Positions 58,360 through 64,000 of a stretch of DNA of 64,000 nucleotides are shown here, piece after piece (the stretch's first letter is position 1; the number at the start of each line of letters is the position of its first letter). The stretch comes from Deinococcus sp. Its GTDB lineage: Bacteria; Deinococcota; Deinococci; Deinococcales; Deinococcaceae. The notes below the pieces were generated by a model, which was given only the letters and a program-made list of their open reading frames with translations, ran no database searches and had not been told where the DNA came from. The position numbers were made by a program, and so were the translations under genes. The stretch covers positions 768,001-832,000 of the forward strand of contig OZ253375.1 in assembly GCA_965261005.1 (NCBI GenBank). Direction: 5' to 3'.

Positions 58360-58376
58360 TTCCGTTCACAGCAGAA
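58360..58376 (+). promoter_or_regulatory. RDRM-like (DdrO) box upstream of recG
   Basis: 17-bp TTCCGTTCACAGCAGAA fits TTMYGY-N5-RCRKAA; it ends 5 nt before TATACT. Confidence 0.7.
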
Positions 58377-58393
58377 ACGGCTATACTCCCCCC

Positions 58394-60718
<2,325 letters not shown>

Positions 60719-60733
60719 GCGGTAAGCTCAGTC

Positions 60734-61336
60734 ATGAACAACCGTGAGGAGATCGTCAGGATCAACGGCCTCAGCGACGGCCTCTTCGCCATCGTGCTGA
60801 CGCTGCTGGTGCTGGAGTTGAAGGTGCCCGAGGCGGAAACGGCCGCCGAGTTCGGCCGCGGATTGCTCGACCGCCTGCCGCAGTTTCTGGCCTATATCCT
60901 CACCTTCGGCATCGCCGGGCGCTTCTGGATTTCGCACCACCAGACCGTCAAGCACATCGAGCGCGGCGACATGGGGCTGCTGACGCGCAACCTGATCTTT
61001 TTGTTCTTCGTGTCGCTGCTGCCCTTTACCTCGGCGCTGAGCGTCCGGGGCAGCGCGCTCAACTGGGCCTGGATCATCTACGCCCTGAACATGGTCGCCA
61101 TCGGCTTCGCCTTGGTCGGCTTGTGGCGTTACGCGCTTTCCCAGCGCCTCACGGGGCCGGAGATCACCGCCGGCGCGGCGCGCTACTTCACCGCGCGCGG
61201 TTTGATGACCCCGGTGATCTTCCTGATCTCGGCCCTGGCCGCGCTGTGGAGCGTGTACGCCGGGTATCTTAGCTTGGCGCTGTTTGCCGTCTACCCCATT
61301 GTGATGAGGCGCGTGCTCGGGCCAGAAGGCGCTTGA
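60734..61336 (+). CDS. TMEM175-family K+ channel-like protein
   Basis: RINGLSDGLFAIVLTLLVLEL, FWISHH and LLPFTS motifs. Confidence 0.85.
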   Translation: MNNREEIVRINGLSDGLFAIVLTLLVLELKVPEAETAAEFGRGLLDRLPQFLAYILTFGIAGRFWISHHQTVKHIERGDMGLLTRNLIFLFFVSLLPFTSALSVRGSALNWAWIIYALNMVAIGFALVGLWRYALSQRLTGPEITAGAARYFTARGLMTPVIFLISALAALWSVYAGYLSLALFAVYPIVMRRVLGPEGA

Positions 61337-61346
61337 CCGCCCCACC

Positions 61347-61805
61347 TCACTGTTTGCTCTGCAAGTCCGCGAGCAGCCCCTTCATCTGCGCGATCTCGCG
61401 GCGCTGCGTCTCAATGATCTCGTCGGCCAATTGGCGCACGCGCGGGTCCTTAATGTTGGCCCGCTCGCTGGTCAGAATGGCGATGGAGTGGTGCGGGATC
61501 ATGGCCTTCATCCAGGCGACGTCCCCAACCGTGGCCTGCGAGCGAACCAGCCACAGCGCCAGCCCGAAGACGGCCACGCTGATCGCGAAGATGCCGACGT
61601 TGACCCGCCGCTTGCCATACATGCCGAGCATGAAACCCAGCATGATAACGGCCATCGTCGCGCCCATGTACAGGGCCATGTAGGCGCGCGTCTCGCTGAA
61701 GTAAACGTGGCTGAGCTGGTAGGTGTTGAGGTACATCAAGCCGAACATCACGACGGTCGAGGTGGCGATCATGGCGCCAAACCTGAGGTAGTTGTTCTTC
61801 ATCAC
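61347..61805 (-). CDS. DUF305 membrane protein
   Basis: WMKAMIPHHSIAI...IIETQRREIAQM. Confidence 0.85.
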   Translation of the reverse strand: MMKNNYLRFGAMIATSTVVMFGLMYLNTYQLSHVYFSETRAYMALYMGATMAVIMLGFMLGMYGKRRVNVGIFAISVAVFGLALWLVRSQATVGDVAWMKAMIPHHSIAILTSERANIKDPRVRQLADEIIETQRREIAQMKGLLADLQSKQ

Positions 61806-61829
61806 GTTCTCCCGTCATCGCCGGCGCGA

Positions 61830-62804
61830 TCAGATGCCCAGCACCGGGTGCGGCTGATACGGCTCTTCCAAGAACTTCACGTCTTCGGGAGAGAGCTTGA
61901 CCTTGAGGGCGTCCACGGCCTGCTCCAGGTGGGGCATCTTGCTGGCGCCGACGATGGGGGCGGTCACGCCCGGCTGGGCCAGCAGCCAAGCGGTCGCCAC
62001 CTGCGCCGGGGTGACGCCCAGACGCCCGGCCACCTCGGCGGCGCGCCCCGCCACCTGGTAGTCACCCTCCGTGTGGTAGAGCCGGTCGGCGAAGGGGTCG
62101 TTGCCGGCGCGCGTGGTCTGGGCCTCGCCCCCCCTGCGGTTGCCGGCCAGAAAGCCGCGCGCCAGGGGACTCCAGGGGATCACGCCCACGCCCTCCTCGC
62201 GGCACAGGGGCAGCATCTCGCGCTCCTCCTCGCGGTAGACCAAGTTGTAGTGGTTCTGCATGGACACGAAGCGCGTCCAGCCGTGCACATCGGCCAGATA
62301 CAGGCTCTTGGCGAACTGGTAGGCCAGCATGCTGCTCGCGCCGACGTAGCGCACCATGCCCAGCTTGACCAGGTCGTGCAGCGCCGAGAGCGTCTCCTCG
62401 ATGGGGGTCTCCGGGTCGAAGCGGTGAATCTGGTAAAGGTCGATGTAATCGGTGCCCAGCCGCTTGAGGCTGGCCTGGGCGGCGTCCATGATGTGCTTAC
62501 GCGACAAGCCCCTATCGTTCGGCCCCGGCCCCATCGGGTTAAAGACCTTAGTGGCGATGATGACCTGATCGCGCTTGGCGAAGTCCCTCAGCGCGCGCCC
62601 CGTGATCTCCTCGCTGCGGCCGAGGGAGTACATGTCGGCGGTGTCGAAGAAGTTGATCCCCAGTTCCAGCGCCCGCTGGAAAAAGGGACGGCTCGCCCCC
62701 TCATCCAGCACCCAGGGGCGCCATTCGGGATCGCCGTAGGTCATGGCGCCCAGGGCGATGCGTGAGACCTTCAGGCCGCTGTTGCCAAGGCGAACGTAGT
62801 CCAT
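61830..62804 (-). CDS. Aldo/keto reductase (YajO-like)
   Basis: FFDTADMYS, IDLYQIHR, MQNHYNL and PWSPLARG motifs. Confidence 0.93.
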   Translation of the reverse strand: MDYVRLGNSGLKVSRIALGAMTYGDPEWRPWVLDEGASRPFFQRALELGINFFDTADMYSLGRSEEITGRALRDFAKRDQVIIATKVFNPMGPGPNDRGLSRKHIMDAAQASLKRLGTDYIDLYQIHRFDPETPIEETLSALHDLVKLGMVRYVGASSMLAYQFAKSLYLADVHGWTRFVSMQNHYNLVYREEEREMLPLCREEGVGVIPWSPLARGFLAGNRRGGEAQTTRAGNDPFADRLYHTEGDYQVAGRAAEVAGRLGVTPAQVATAWLLAQPGVTAPIVGASKMPHLEQAVDALKVKLSPEDVKFLEEPYQPHPVLGI

Positions 62805-62852
62805 GCGGGGACCGTACTGCGGCGGGAAGGGCGGGGACGGTGAGCGGGGGCG

Positions 62853-63287
62853 CTATTCACCTTGCGGCGCCGGAATGATGGCCAGCGTGCAGCGCGACAC
62901 GCAGACCAGCTTGCCGGCCTCGTCGGCGATCTCGACGCTCCAGACGTGGGTGGTGCGCCCGAGGTGCAGCGGCGTGGCGCTGGCCGTCACGCTGCCGTCA
63001 CGTTTGCCGCGCAGGTGGTTGGCGTTGATCTCCAACCCCACGGCCGCCATGCCCCTTTCCGCGACGTTGAGCCAACCGCCCACCGAGACGACCGTCTCGG
63101 CAAGGGCCACCGAGGCGCCGCCATGCAGCAGGCCGAAGGGCTGGTGGACCCTCGGGCCGACCGGCATGGTCGCCACGATCTTCTGTTTGGACACCTCGGT
63201 CAAGGTGATGTCCAGCGTTTGCATCAAGGTGTCGTTCCGCTTTTCCAGCTCCTCCATCCAGAGCTTCACGTCGTCGGCAACGATCAT
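62853..63287 (-). CDS. Hotdog thioesterase (MenI/YdiI-like)
   Basis: HQPFGLLHGGASVALAET and GLEINANHLR motifs. Confidence 0.88.
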   Translation of the reverse strand: MIVADDVKLWMEELEKRNDTLMQTLDITLTEVSKQKIVATMPVGPRVHQPFGLLHGGASVALAETVVSVGGWLNVAERGMAAVGLEINANHLRGKRDGSVTASATPLHLGRTTHVWSVEIADEAGKLVCVSRCTLAIIPAPQGE

Positions 63288-63826
63288 CGCTTCACTCTCT
63301 CTGGGCGCAGGATCAAGCAGGTGGTGGTGGCGTGCGCGACCAGCTTGCCGTGCGCCCCCGTCATGCGTCCCTCGGCGGTGGCGGTGCGGTTGCCGACGTA
63401 GATGGTGGTCCCCACGCAAGTGACCTCGCCACTTTCCACGCTGAGGGGCCGCAGGATGTTGGTCTTGAGTTCCAGCGTCGTGTAGCCCACCCCCGCCGGC
63501 AAGGTGGAGTGCACCGCGCAGCCCATCGCCGAGTCGAGAATGGTGCAGAACACCCCGCCGTGCACGCTGCCGATGGGATTGTAGTGCTGCTCCCCCGGCG
63601 TCAGGGCGAACACCACCCGCCCAGGCGCCACCTCCACGCCGCGCACCCCCATCAGCTTGAAAATGGGCGGCGGCGGCAGGCGCCCTTCAAAGATGGCCGT
63701 GAGAAAGTCCAGGCCGCTCAGGTTCGGCATCGCCCGCGCGCTGATGTGCGGGTCGTGCCAAGAGACCGTCAGCTCGCGCTCCGGGCCGAAGGTTTCGGGG
63801 GAAAGGGTCGGCTCAGATGTGGTCAT
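63284..63826 (-). CDS. PaaI family thioesterase
   Basis: HYNPIGSVHGG..TILDSAMGCAV and TTLELK motifs; GGAGG RBS. Confidence 0.9.
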   Translation of the reverse strand: MTTSEPTLSPETFGPERELTVSWHDPHISARAMPNLSGLDFLTAIFEGRLPPPPIFKLMGVRGVEVAPGRVVFALTPGEQHYNPIGSVHGGVFCTILDSAMGCAVHSTLPAGVGYTTLELKTNILRPLSVESGEVTCVGTTIYVGNRTATAEGRMTGAHGKLVAHATTTCLILRPERVKR

Positions 63827-63842
63827 ACAGCCTCCAAGAAGT

Positions 63843-63884
63843 TTGGACTCGGTTCAAGGTAGGCCGGGGTGGGGGACTTGTCAA
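63843..63884 (-). promoter_or_regulatory. Sigma70-type promoter with overlapping palindromic operator
   Basis: TTGACA-17 nt-TACCTT, then TTGAACCGAGTCCAA imperfect palindrome. Confidence 0.7.
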
Positions 63885-64000
63885 ACAATCGTCTGATCGA
63901 ACAAGGCCAGGTGCTTTCCGTGGGCCAGGATTGGGGCAAAAGCGTTCGTCCGCACGGCGGTGAGTACAGCTTTGACTTCACGCCACGCCAAGTCGAACTG

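Noticed and set aside
63881..64000. 3' end of a minus-strand gene at the window edge
   Set aside because: Only about 39 open codons are visible and no family is recognisable

Overview
GC-rich chromosomal window with strong Deinococcus-type signatures: a GNQ...ALAA tmRNA tag, a DdrH-like gene, a DdrO/RDRM-type box before recG, and many -10 hexamers placed 5-7 nt before start codons (leaderless genes). Core genes are hisB (partial), hisH, serA, aat, dprA, ssrA, dnaB (with a 420-aa LAGLIDADG intein), acs, moaA, dusA and recG. Accessory content includes three PIN-type toxin-antitoxin pairs, a type III PKS plus methyltransferase pair, and two large NPCBM lipoproteins (pectate-lyase/GH55-like + PA14; G8/TMEM2-like). 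There is also an orphan Wzy-like membrane protein, APH(3') and ArsN1-like resistance genes, and a low-GC lipoprotein gene broken by two different IS elements whose removal restores one 234-aa ORF. Non-coding highlights: a 134-135 bp structured MITE-like repeat in two copies, one inserted exactly at an antitoxin/toxin junction; a second CTAG-flanked element; an 8-bp repeat at a GH31 start codon; recurrent 15-bp microduplications; and several candidate operators. No CRISPR array, prophage or integrase was seen. All calls come from motif recognition and recall, not database searches.
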